A stretch of 64,000 nucleotides of DNA from Piromyces finnis finn (lineage: Eukaryota > Fungi > Neocallimastigomycota): positions 806,001-870,000 of the forward strand of contig MCFH01000014.1 of NCBI GenBank assembly GCA_002104945.1, given 5' to 3'. Position numbers and translations under genes: made by a program. Under the pieces are notes generated by a model. That model was not told where the DNA came from and searched no databases. It saw only the letters and a list, made by a program, of their open reading frames with translations. This document shows positions 1-10,659 of the stretch, one piece after another. Numbering within the stretch: the first letter of the stretch is position 1; every line of letters starts with the position of its first letter.

Positions 1-860
1 GGTTGTGAGTATAGGAAGAGTTATAATCCTAAGAAGGCCTGGAATGGATTTAGAAAACTATGAAATTTGGAAAAGATACTTTTTTTATACTGCTCAACCA
101 ATTAAAAATAAAAATGGAGATTTAATTATTGCTACGGAAGAACAACTAGAGGTGTGGCATGACCATTTCGAAGATCTTGCATCAAATCCAAGTGTTGTAA
201 GTCTTGATTTGGAGCATTGGTATGATGAACCAACGAATAAGTTGTTTTTCACTTCCTATGCTTGATAAATGGGATATCACCCAAGATAATAGTATTGATA
301 TGAAGTCAAGTCATCTATCCCCTCTATTCCAAATTATAAAGCACCAGGTCCGGATGGTATTCCTATTGAATTGTTTATAAAATTTTTTAGATCTCAGAAA
401 AGTATATGATTCAGTCCCAATCGGTAATATTCTTCATAAATTAGATTGTTTAGGGATTGGAGATAAGAGTTTACAATTCATCAAAAAAATATATTTAACA
501 TTTAAGACTAATGTTAAATTAGATGGTCAATTCTCGAAATCTTTTGATGTGAAGAAAGGAGTTCGTCCGTCAAGTTTGTCCATTTTCTCCTATTCTTTTT
601 TAATCTCTTTATTAATGATATTTTTAAAGTGTGTGAAGATATCAGAGTTAGGAAACATTCGATGTTGTGGTGGACTTTTTTGCAGATGATATAGTTATTT
701 ATGCTCCATCAAGAAGATGTTTAAAAAAGTTGCTAAAGAGAGTTAACGAATGGACTTTGCATAATGACAATAGAATTTGGTATCCAGAAATGTTCAACGA
801 TAGTGATTCGTCCTGAATCAATAGAAAATCAGAACAAGAAAGATCCAACATTTTACTTAG
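1..860 (+). pseudogene. Decayed non-LTR (LINE) reverse transcriptase fragment
   Basis: ORF 5-265 has the EN-RT linker-like IKNKNGDLI..EEQLEVWHDHFEDL. KAPGPDGIP is encoded at 338-364, followed by KKGVR / SPILFNLFIND-like segments and FADD at 679-690. Frameshifts, stops and an internal deletion. Confidence 0.85.
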
Positions 861-1597
861 CAAGAAAACCCATTCCAATTACTGATTGTTACACTTATCT
901 TGGTTGTTTCATTTAATAAGAATTTGTCCCTTAAACCAGTTATTAAAGCTCTTAATAATAAGGTTTTAAAAGGACTTTTTTCAATCAGTAAATTCTTAAG
1001 AAATCCTAATATTCTTATTCCTTTTAAAAAAAAAAAAAAAAAAAAGCTAGTACTTAACTCACAAGTGATCAATAGGAGTTTCATACTTTACACCATTACT
1101 TGGATCCAACAAAGTTAGGTTTAGGATTACTCAGAAGCATGTGAACAAAGAAATACGATGGGTTGTCAGTGTTCATAAAGCTGTATCGTTTACTTCTCTA
1201 TACTCTTTTTCAAAAGATTTGAAATATTTCTCCATTGTCAGACAAAAAAAAAAAAAAAAGAAATAATTAAACATTATTTGATAAGTTTGTATAAAATACC
1301 CTATTGTAATGAAATTATGCAATGAACATTGAAACTATCCTTGTGAAAATGTCAATCAATTTCTTTATGATAATTTCACTCAAATCAGTATTATATAATT
1401 TAATCCAGTATACTATTCTTTGAATTAAATCATTATAACAATACTTTAAGATAATATTTAGCCTCAAAAGCATTATTTAAATTATTGCTACCTATAAAGC
1501 AAATATATTACTGGTCAAATGCTCATCCCGTAGGCTGTTATTGCTAATATACATAGCAAATATTTCAAATGAGGTAATTTATTAAAGTTAGAAATGC

Positions 1598-1722
1598 TTA
1601 GCGTGAAATGAGCATATTCTACATATATATATACTTTGAATAACCTAGCGTGAAATGGGTATATTCAATAATATTTTAACAACTTATCATGATTTAACTT
1701 AGCGTGAAATGAGTTATATTCA
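1598..1722. repeat. Three copies of TAGCGTGAAATG(a/g)..tatattc
   Basis: Motif starts at 1599, 1646 and 1700 with unrelated AT-rich spacers. Confidence 0.8.
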
Positions 1723-2805
1723 TAGATAATTATTAATGATGGTTTTAGACCTATATATATTTAATTTGGTCCCATCAATAACAATGTAGCACCTTCATAG
1801 TAAGGGCTCCTTAGATTTAGATGACATTGATTCATCATATTTATTTATTACCAACATTCAAGAATGTTGTGACGCCGTTTTAAAATATAATTTACGGTGA
1901 TTTAGTAACCTCATATATAAATCGCCACTTTCAACGTAGTGAGTGATCGCCGACCAATTAGCTGACATTCTAATTAACCGAGCCGACTTCGATATAATTT
2001 AGAAGAACTTTATTCTCTTCAACAATCGATATTTTAAATGTCATTATCTTACAATATTAACTTGTTATAATTTTACTGGTATATCTACTTATTTTAATTT
2101 GAAGTAAAGAAATACATAATTGAGGAATATTTTATTCATTAGTTTGATATTCTATGATTATCACTACATTAAAATATATTATCATGAAAATATTATTTCA
2201 CTATATTTTAAAGGATAAGCAATTGAGAAAAATGAATGAAAACATTAGAATATGTTATTTATTATTTATATAGGTATTAATACTTATCGTATATGTTATG
2301 GAAAATTATTCATTATTATGAAAATTTGATGCAAAATGAATGAAATTTTATGAAATTTAAATTTCTCTTTTTCAAATCTAAGTATTTATTACTAAATATC
2401 TAGATTTGAGGGGGAAGTAGTGAATATACGAAATTTAAAATTCAAGATAATAATTTTTGTTTCTAGTTAAACATTGGAAATAACTAAAACATTGCATAGA
2501 AACTAAGGCTTAATAAATAGAATGAATTGAAATTCAAATTGTAAAAATTTATAAGATTCAATATGTAAAAATGAAAAGAACAAAATTTCAAATACAAAGT
2601 AAAATATTCTTAAATATTATAAGAATAATTAATCAATACAAAAGGCATAAAAGGAAGGAAAAACACCTAAAAGAAAATGTTAAAATTCAATATACATAAA
2701 CTAAATAACTATTAAGAATTTAATTAAAATTTTACCATTATTAATTAGTATTTACAAATAGATTGAAATACAATTATGCTAATATTCTAAAGAAAATTGT
2801 AATTA

Positions 2806-3110
2806 TAAGGACATAAAACCAGAGAGTTATCCATAGGTTGTCCGAAGAACGTAAAACCAAGAAGATTAACCATAGGTTGTTAAGAGAACGTAAAACCAAA
2901 AAGAGTTATCCATATGTGTTGTCATAAGGACGTAAAATCAAAGGTTAACCATGAGTTGTTAAGAAAACGTAAAACCAAAGAGGTAAACCATGCGTTGTCA
3001 TAAGGACGTAAAATCAAAGAGATAAACCATGTGTTGTCTATAATTCTGTGTAAATCTCAGAGAGATTACCAATATAGTTTATAGGATAATGTAAAACCGG
3101 AAGGGTTTTC
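2806..3110. repeat. Degenerate ~39-bp tandem array, about 8 units
   Basis: GTAAAA(C/T)C-like anchors at about 2813, 2851, 2890, 2932, 2969, 3008, 3050 and 3091. Most units carry (a/t)accat..gttgt..aag(a/g)ac. Confidence 0.85.
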
Positions 3111-3397
3111 AATCCTTAATGGATGGTATAACAATTTATGAATATCCAATCCAAATTTTAAACTTTAATACTACCCAATTATACAAAGGTTTTCAGTTTA
3201 TCCATAAAAACGAAGTTATAGGGTAATATTTAAATTCTTTAAAGCAATTAGCGAATAATATATGTGAAATATTTTAAATTCCAATTAATGAAATATAAAA
3301 ATTTTAAACATTAGATTTAGTTTATAGTTAATAGTTTAGAAATAATAAAATGCACATATTCACCAGCAAACCAAATTTTACTTAGTAGAAAATTAGG

Positions 3398-3616
3398 TTT
3401 GAGGGGGAATGTTAGAATATGTGAAACGTTATGTCACATGTATTCAAATGTATTCAAATGTATTAAAACGTATTTGTATATATTGTATTTGATTGTATGT
3501 TTAAGCCACAATGTAAATGTATAAATACATGTAGTTTGAGAAGAATGTAACGCAAGTAGTTCTTTATCATAAAATATATTAATAAAGTTGACATAATTAT
3601 AAACCTAAATTAAACA
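3398..3616 (+). mobile_element. Copia-type PPT followed by probable 3' LTR relic
   Basis: TTGAGGGGGAA is followed by TGTTAG at 3408, the same PPT form as at 13111-13120. The right end (...TAAACA 3616) is a guess. A second PPT-like copy lies at about 2406-2416. Confidence 0.4.
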
Positions 3617-3626
3617 ACTCTTAATA

Positions 3627-3659
<33 letters not shown>

Positions 3660-3845
3660 TAATTATGGGTTTTATAAATAAATTATTTCTTGCATAATTT
3701 TTATATTTCTTACGAATATCCTATCATTAATTAATAAATGAATAAATAAAAATAAAATTAAAAAAAACTTTATTTCATATCTTTTTTTATTTAAAAATTT
3801 TAAGTATTAATATTATCTTTCAATTAATTTTTACAAAAATATTAA

Positions 3846-3917
3846 TGCCTATTGACGGAATTGAACCACCGACCTTCGCTTTACAAGAGCGACGCTCTAC
3901 CACTAAGCCAAACAGGC
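3846..3917 (-). tRNA. trnT-UGU: tRNA-Thr(UGU), copy 1
   Basis: Minus strand folds to a cloverleaf: acceptor GCCTGTT/AATAGGC, D-loop AGTGGTA, anticodon arm TCGCT-CTTGTAA-AGCGA, T-loop TTCAATT. A T5 run lies just downstream. Confidence 0.93.
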
Positions 3918-3925
3918 ATTAAATA

Positions 3926-3996
3926 TGCGTTAACCGGGAATCGAACCCGGGCCATTTGCTTGGAAGGCAAATATTCTACCTCTATACTATTAACGC
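3926..3996 (-). tRNA. trnG-UCC: tRNA-Gly(UCC), copy 1
   Basis: Acceptor GCGTTAA/TTAACGC, anticodon arm TTTGC-CTTCCAA-GCAAA, T arm CCGGG-TTCGATT-CCCGG. Confidence 0.95.
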
Positions 3997-4009
3997 TTCA
4001 GTTGCCTTT

Positions 4010-4061
4010 TGATACTGAGAGGATATTATCTTAATTCTATAAAGGAATATAGAAAGTGATA
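4010..4061 (-). mobile_element. Terminal 52 bp of an L-family LTR (inverted) abutting tRNA-Gly upstream flank
   Basis: Reverse complement aligns with 51310-51361 (...gataatatcctc..gtatca). Starts TGATA 13 nt from tRNA-Gly G1. Confidence 0.8.
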
Positions 4062-4376
4062 TGTGAAGATATTAACTGGATTTAAAACAAATTCAGATAA
4101 TATCTATAATTAATTAAACATAATAATTAGAATTAAATAATCCCAATAATTATTTTAAAACACCTTTAAAAGTCACCTTTTAAATTCTGATTCAGTGAAA
4201 GGGTTATGATTTCAAAAAATTTAATATCAATACACTATAACCCTTAACCAAAAATAAACAAACACGAAACAAGGTGTAACTCGCCAAAAACGATCGCTAC
4301 GGCTATGAAACCAGGTTTATTAGAAAGCTTAAGGAAAAAGCTACATTTTGGTACAATCGCGGTCCTTCTAACTGGT
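4062..4376 (+). mobile_element. F-family LTR, 5' fragment
   Basis: Near-identical to the starts of 4781 and 45437 (tgtgaagatattaactgg...). Homology ends at ...ttctaactggt. Confidence 0.88.
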
Positions 4377-4408
4377 AGTTTAAAGTCCTAAAGTCTTGCA
4401 GTAGAGTG

Positions 4409-4775
4409 GAGAGTTCATTGTTATAGATTTCACTTCAGTTAGGTCGGAACGTACATATTTACCCTAAGTTTATTAATTAATATAAATAATTAGTCATGTA
4501 TTAAATTTAAAATGTATTCCTTAATATCAGAGATAGTATAAATACTCGAGAAAATTCCTATCATTAGGAATTTCGAGAGTTCATTACATTTAATATTTAC
4601 TCTAATTATAATAATAACTAATAAATAAAGATTTTTCTTTAAATAAAAATTTATTAATAAATAAAGTTAATAAAATATTATTTATTTAAAAATTTACTAA
4701 TTCAATTATTTAATTAATTGATAAACTTAGGGTAAATATGTACGTTCCGACCTAACTGAAGTGAAATCTATAACA
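4409..4775. mobile_element. Foldback LTR derivative with 55-bp perfect inverted repeat
   Basis: 4419-4473 is the exact reverse complement of 4721-4775 (TGT...ACA). The interior (tataaatactcga...tttcgaga..tcatta) and the repeat (tagggt...ttc.gacctaact...taaca) resemble the H-family LTR 3' half. No TSD found. Confidence 0.8.
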
Positions 4776-6145
4776 TAGGATGTGAAGATATTAACTGGAT
4801 TTAAAACAAATTCAGATAATATCTATAATTAATTAAACATAATAATTAGAATTAAATGATCCCAATAATTATTTTAAAACACCTTTAAAAGTCACCTTTT
4901 AAATTTTGATTCAGTGAAAGGGTTATGATTTCAAAAATTTAATATCAATACACTATAACCCTTAAACAAAAATAAACAAACACGAAACAAGGCGTAACTC
5001 GCCAAAAACGATCGCTACGGCTGTAAGTGATACGGCTGTAAAACCAGGTTTATTAGAAAGCTTAAGGGAAAAGCTATATTTTGGTACAATCGCGGTCCTT
5101 CTAACTGGTCATTTAAGGAAGATATGATCATTTGAAGATTTTAATAAGTAAATTAAAATTAATATGATATCAAGTATGGATCGTAGACATTTCTTATGAC
5201 TTGACGAAAATTAAAAAGATATCAATAGAAATTCTAATTATATTAATTTAATTAATGATAGTGACTGTTACTAAAAATAGAACTAAACCATTTAGGTCTA
5301 ACAGTTAACATTTATAAATTAAATAATTTTAATTATTATAAAATAGGTTAATGGATCAAGTGTTTAAATGATTAATCATATGTTTATTTTATTTTATGTC
5401 ATGACAAAACAAACAAACAAACAAACAAACAATCTTATTATATTATTAACATATTACATGTAATACTTTATTTTTATCAATTTAATAATCTGAACAAAGA
5501 ATATAAAATAGAATGAATTGAATTTGATTTTAATTCTTTGTAAAGATTATAGTTATAATCTTAATTATATAGTTATTAAATATATTATCATTTATATTAT
5601 TATTAATAAATAAATAAAATTTTATAAAAAAGTTATTCTATGTAAAGAACTAATGTTCAATAAATAAAAACACAAATATATAAAAAGGAAAATAATAAAA
5701 GCAAATAAAAATTTTATTATTGAACACTTAACAAAATTATAACAGGTTAGTGTTTAATAATTTTATTTTTATTATAAAATTTCTTTGTTAATAAAAACTC
5801 GAATTCCAAATAATTTTTTGAGAAATTTCACTCGTATTTATATAAATGTTTTTAAAAGTAAATTTATAAAAATTTTACAACTTAATTTTTTAAGCCAATC
5901 AGAAATTATCTTCTTTGGTAAAATTTCGTTATAAAATATTTTAATAATTAAAAAAAAGATATTAATGAGGTTTCGAACTCGAGTAGTTCAAACCAAGGTC
6001 TTAGTTACTAACCACTAAGACAGGTTACTAATTTCTATGATTCGTTACATGGTCCTCCTCCAGGATTCGGATACCAGACGAATCAACTAAATTTATTTGT
6101 TACTTTATTATAAAAGAAATAATTGAAACGAGTGAATACATTTTA

Positions 6146-6191
<46 letters not shown>

Positions 6192-6294
6192 TGAATATTA
6201 AATTATAAATATATTTTTTCATTTTCTATTTTCTATTTTCTATTCTCTTTTTCTCTTATCAATTACTAATTTTTTTTTAAATTAATAACTATTA

Positions 6295-9200
6295 CTAATG
6301 TGAATTATTAAAGTTTTTAATTAGTTCATCGCAGTTTAAATTACTTTCAGGTTCCCAAGATGCTTCTGAAAGCGGATAACCTTTCCATTTTATTAGATAT
6401 TGAATCTTCCCATAATGCTTTCTTTTATCAAGTATTTCTTCTACTTCGTATTCTTCTTCTTCATTTACTATTATAGGTGGAGGTGGATCTTTGATTCTTC
6501 CAAAACTATCTTCATAATACGGTTCTAGGTTTGAAACATGAACAATTGGGTAAATCTTCAGCGATTTTGGTAATTCTAATTTATAAGTGAGATTAGAGAT
6601 TTTACTAATTATCCTAAACGGGCCAAGTTTCCTAGGATTAAATTTTTTATTTCCTTTATGAATTATCAAGGAGCTATCCAACCATACTTTGTCACCAGTC
6701 TTGAATGTCGGAGGTTCTTGTCTATACTTGTCGGCATATTTCTTTTGAACTTGGATGGCCTTCTTTAAGTTTTCTTTTAGTTTCTCCATTAGGTCTTCAA
6801 AGTCTCTTGTAAACTCTTCAGCTCTTGGAACATTCGTTTGGTCAGGAATTACCGGAGAGTATTTTGGGTGATAACCATAATTTAGGAAGAATGGTGAGAA
6901 TTTTGTTGAGTCTTGAACAGCATTATTGTAACTGAATTCTGCCAATGGAAGAAAGTTGATCCAGTTTGTTCCTTTATAATTAGAAAAGCATCTTAAATAT
7001 TGTTCAACAACGGAGTTTACCCTCTCCGTTTGGCCATTGGATTGATGATGATATGGTGAAGAATATTTAACATTGACGTCCAAAGATTGACAAATAGATT
7101 TCCAAAATTTCGAAGTGAATTGCGCGCCTCTATCGGAAATAATTTCAGAGGGGAGACCGTGAATTTTGAAAATATAATTCAAAAAAGCAAAAGCAGTATC
7201 AGAAGCAGAAGGAATACCTTTAAAGGGAATGAGGTGGCACATTTTAGTAAGGCGGTCAACTACAACAAGAATAGTGTTAAATCCATCCGAAGGAGGGAGG
7301 TCAGTAATAAAATCCATAGAAATAGAAGCCCAAGGATGGTCACTAATCTCAAGGGGTTGAAGTAAACCATATGGTTTATGACGAGAAGGCTTGGAGCGGC
7401 AACAAATCTCGCAAGATCGGATATAATTCTTAACATCAATAGAAATGGATGGCCACCAAAAGTCACGAGAGATCAAAGAAATAGTTTTGCGGATACCAAA
7501 ATGACCGGCAGAGGGGGAATCATGACAGAGTTTCAAAACGGAGGGACGGCATTTTAAAGGGACATAGATTCTACTATCAAAAAGAAGAAAACTATTACTA
7601 AGGGAGAATTTATTACTTTGTGGATGTGGAGCTGGGAGATTCTTATTTTCAAGAAAATTGCAAATGTCAATGTAAAAAGAGTCGTTCACATATTCAGATA
7701 ATATTTCATCATTAAGAGAAGAAATGGAACAAATCAAAGCGCAGAAATTCTCAGGGCGTAAAACCGAAAAAGGAGCATCAGAAGGAAGAGAGGAATCCAT
7801 ATAATCAGGTCTTCGTGAAAGCGCATCAGGTTTACCATTAGATGAACCAGAGCGGTAGAGAATTTTAAAGTTAAATTCGGAAAGGAAAAGGGCCCAACGA
7901 ACAAGACGTTGTGACATTTTTTCCGGTTTCTTTTGATATAGTAAGTTTCGATGATCTGAATAAATAGTAAACGGGGTTAAAGCACCTTTGAGAAAATGTC
8001 GCCAAGTTTCAAGAGCATTAACAATAGCTAAAAGTTCTTTATCGTATATAGGATAGTTTCTTTCAGCGGAAGTAAGAGATCTTGAATAGAAAGCGACAGG
8101 ATGGATCATTTTATCATCAGGAGATTTTTGAGACAGAACTGCTCCTATAGCAAAGTTGCTAGAGTCGGTTTCAACAATAAAGGGAAGATCACGATTTGGG
8201 TGAGACAGGATGGGAGCAGATGAAATTAATGATTTAATGGTATTAAATGCATCAAGAGCTTCAGAGGAAAAATCAAATTTAACGTTTTTACGAAGTAGTC
8301 TGTGAAGGGGTTGTGCAACTTTGGCAAAATTAGGAATAAACCGACGATAGTAGTTGGCTAGGCCAATAAAAGATTGAACTTCCTTGACACTGGACGGAAC
8401 TGGCCAATTAATAATAGCAGAAACTTTATTGGGGTCCATATGTATACCTTCAGAGGATATCCGATGACCAAGGAAATCAATAGAGGAAACAAAGAATTCA
8501 CACTTTTCAAGCTTAGCATAAAGACCAGCATTTCTTAAGCGATCCAGGACTTCGATAACGTGCTTAATGTGGGATTTATGGTTTTCAGAAAAAATAATTA
8601 AATCGTCAATATATGAATAAACAAAAATCCCTAGAATATTTTCCAGAACATCATTGATAAAATGCTGAAAAACAGCCGGGGCGTTTTTCAGTCCGAATGG
8701 CATTACCAGGTATTCAAAGTGGCCGAATTTGCAGGTGAAAGCTGTTTTATATTCATCACCCTTTTTGATTCGGACCAAGTTATATGCTGATCGTAAATCC
8801 AATTTTGAGAAGATTTTCGCTTTACCAAGATGCTCTAGCATATCTTGAATCAGAGGTAGAGGATAGGAATCTCTAATGGTAATTTTGTTGAGTTCCCTAT
8901 AATCTTGACAAAGACGGAGTTCACCATTCTTTTTAGGAACGAAAAGTACAGGCGCACCAGCAGGAGATTTGGATTTCCTAATGAAACCCTTTTTGAGGTT
9001 TTCATCGATATAATCCTTCAAAACTCTTGTTTCTTCGTCTGTTAGTGGGTAGATTGGTCCATAAAATAGCTTGGCATTTTCGATTAGGTTTATTTGGCAA
9101 TCATAAGGACGATGAGGTGGTAATTGAGCAGCAGAAGATTCGCTAAAGACGTCCATATATGATTCTAATTCCTTCGGAAGTTTAGTAGTAGGATTTGAGT

Positions 9201-10659
9201 CTTTAAAAGAGTTTTTTGGTGAACAAGAATCAACTTTAGAAAGAGATATATTAGAAGCCATGACAGTACAAGTCTCTTGTGATAAAGGATCGTTAACAGA
9301 TTCATTGTTAATTAAGACAGATTTAGAACGATTTTCTTTGGGATTACGAGAATGAGATAACTTAGAATTTGAAAAAGAAGATTTAGGTTTGTCAATAAAA
9401 ATAGGCAAAGAAACAGAAGAAGAGTTATTGCAATCAGTAGAAAAAACAGAAGTTTCCTGATGGAATTCGGGAACATTCGAAGGGAGAGTCATACAATGAT
9501 CCAAGCAATATGAAGAACCAAAGGATAATTTATTATTTTCAAAGTCAATACTTGGATTATGTTCCTTAAGCCAACGTAGACCTAGAATACAAGGATATAC
9601 AGGTAGATCAGTAACGTAAAAGACAGTACGGCATAGGTGATCCATGTAGCGAAGATTAAGAAGTGGAGTAACTCCGAACAGTTTTTGGCTACCACCAATA
9701 CCGAATACGTTGGGTAAATCTTCTTCATAGTGGTAGGGAATATTGTGATCGTTGCAATAGTCGACATCTATTAGATTAAGTGTAGAACCGGAGTCTATAA
9801 GAATTTTTGTGTCTAGTTCAAACGATAATTTAAAATTTGAGGTTACCCTATCTTGTTGATTTTTCTTGGAATTGGTAGAATTATTTTGTAGAGAAACTAA
9901 AGATTCGAATGCTGAGTTTTTATTTCTTCTCTTATGACAATCTTTCAGTTGGTGTCCTGGAGATCCACAATAGACGCATAAGTTTTCCTTACTTCTTCTT
10001 TCTTTTTCTTCCTTGGATAACGGACCAAAGTATCTTTTCTTCTTGGGATGTTCTTTTAGATTTGTGGAAGCCTTTCTGGAGCCATTGCTGGAATTAGAAC
10101 TTGGTCCCTTAGTATTTTTGTCAAAAAATAATCCCCTGGTAGCAAGTCTGGAGTCTATTCTAGCTGCAATAGTTTGGAGGGAAAACAAATCTCTTGGTCC
10201 TGGGAACATCTCTAATATCTTCATTGCAACTTCTTGGTTGAGCCCAGCGATAAAAGCATCCATCTTAGCCTCTTCATTCCAGTTAGATTCATCAGAGTAT
10301 TTGTTAAATTCAAGGATGTATCCTCTGATGCCGCCCAAACGATGTTGCTTGAGAGTACGTAGCATTTGATTGGCTACGTAGACTGCATCATTGTTCCCGT
10401 AGAATGCCTTTAGTCTTTCCTTGAATGCTTGGTAGTTGGTCAGACATGGATCATGGTTGTCAATAAGCGTAGCGGCCCAATTTAATGCATTTCCATAAAG
10501 GCGAGAAATCAGGTAGATAACCTTGCTCTCTTCATCTTGATATCTTTCGGGATAAAGGAGAAAAACAAGTTCTATTTTGGCTAAGAAACCTTTGAGATAT
10601 TTTCTGTCTCCTGCGAAACCGTCTTTTAGTGAGGCGTTATCAAATATTTGTCCTTCCAT
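6295..10659 (-). CDS. gag-pol: Single-ORF Gag-PR-RT-RNaseH-IN-chromodomain polyprotein of A (1454 aa)
   Basis: Zn knuckle CVYCGSPGHQLKDC, protease ILIDSGS, RT YIDD, RNase H ETDSS, integrase HHCC + ISMDF/SDRG/QTERVN, GPF motif, C-terminal chromodomain [22 protein letters not shown]. Confidence 0.97.
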   Translation of the reverse strand: MEGQIFDNASLKDGFAGDRKYLKGFLAKIELVFLLYPERYQDEESKVIYLISRLYGNALNWAATLIDNHDPCLTNYQAFKERLKAFYGNNDAVYVANQMLRTLKQHRLGGIRGYILEFNKYSDESNWNEEAKMDAFIAGLNQEVAMKILEMFPGPRDLFSLQTIAARIDSRLATRGLFFDKNTKGPSSNSSNGSRKASTNLKEHPKKKRYFGPLSKEEKERRSKENLCVYCGSPGHQLKDCHKRRNKNSAFESLVSLQNNSTNSKKNQQDRVTSNFKLSFELDTKILIDSGSTLNLIDVDYCNDHNIPYHYEEDLPNVFGIGGSQKLFGVTPLLNLRYMDHLCRTVFYVTDLPVYPCILGLRWLKEHNPSIDFENNKLSFGSSYCLDHCMTLPSNVPEFHQETSVFSTDCNNSSSVSLPIFIDKPKSSFSNSKLSHSRNPKENRSKSVLINNESVNDPLSQETCTVMASNISLSKVDSCSPKNSFKDSNPTTKLPKELESYMDVFSESSAAQLPPHRPYDCQINLIENAKLFYGPIYPLTDEETRVLKDYIDENLKKGFIRKSKSPAGAPVLFVPKKNGELRLCQDYRELNKITIRDSYPLPLIQDMLEHLGKAKIFSKLDLRSAYNLVRIKKGDEYKTAFTCKFGHFEYLVMPFGLKNAPAVFQHFINDVLENILGIFVYSYIDDLIIFSENHKSHIKHVIEVLDRLRNAGLYAKLEKCEFFVSSIDFLGHRISSEGIHMDPNKVSAIINWPVPSSVKEVQSFIGLANYYRRFIPNFAKVAQPLHRLLRKNVKFDFSSEALDAFNTIKSLISSAPILSHPNRDLPFIVETDSSNFAIGAVLSQKSPDDKMIHPVAFYSRSLTSAERNYPIYDKELLAIVNALETWRHFLKGALTPFTIYSDHRNLLYQKKPEKMSQRLVRWALFLSEFNFKILYRSGSSNGKPDALSRRPDYMDSSLPSDAPFSVLRPENFCALICSISSLNDEILSEYVNDSFYIDICNFLENKNLPAPHPQSNKFSLSNSFLLFDSRIYVPLKCRPSVLKLCHDSPSAGHFGIRKTISLISRDFWWPSISIDVKNYIRSCEICCRSKPSRHKPYGLLQPLEISDHPWASISMDFITDLPPSDGFNTILVVVDRLTKMCHLIPFKGIPSASDTAFAFLNYIFKIHGLPSEIISDRGAQFTSKFWKSICQSLDVNVKYSSPYHHQSNGQTERVNSVVEQYLRCFSNYKGTNWINFLPLAEFSYNNAVQDSTKFSPFFLNYGYHPKYSPVIPDQTNVPRAEEFTRDFEDLMEKLKENLKKAIQVQKKYADKYRQEPPTFKTGDKVWLDSSLIIHKGNKKFNPRKLGPFRIISKISNLTYKLELPKSLKIYPIVHVSNLEPYYEDSFGRIKDPPPPIIVNEEEEYEVEEILDKRKHYGKIQYLIKWKGYPLSEASWEPESNLNCDELIKNFNNSH

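Noticed and set aside
1940-2010. DQLADIL-like copia RNase H end
   Set aside because: Only seven residues match, surrounding motifs are absent and the nearest PPT is about 400 nt away.
3852-4034. 60-aa ORF
   Set aside because: It is the antisense reading of two tRNA genes.
4419-4775. Ginger/MITE DNA transposon
   Set aside because: No TSD; the repeats and interior are homologous to LTR U5/R sequence and the left flank is a PBS.
6050-6064. TGGTCCTCC after the left LTR of A as a tRNA PBS
   Set aside because: It is the reverse complement of the PPT (GGAGGAGGACCA); the ORF runs on the minus strand.
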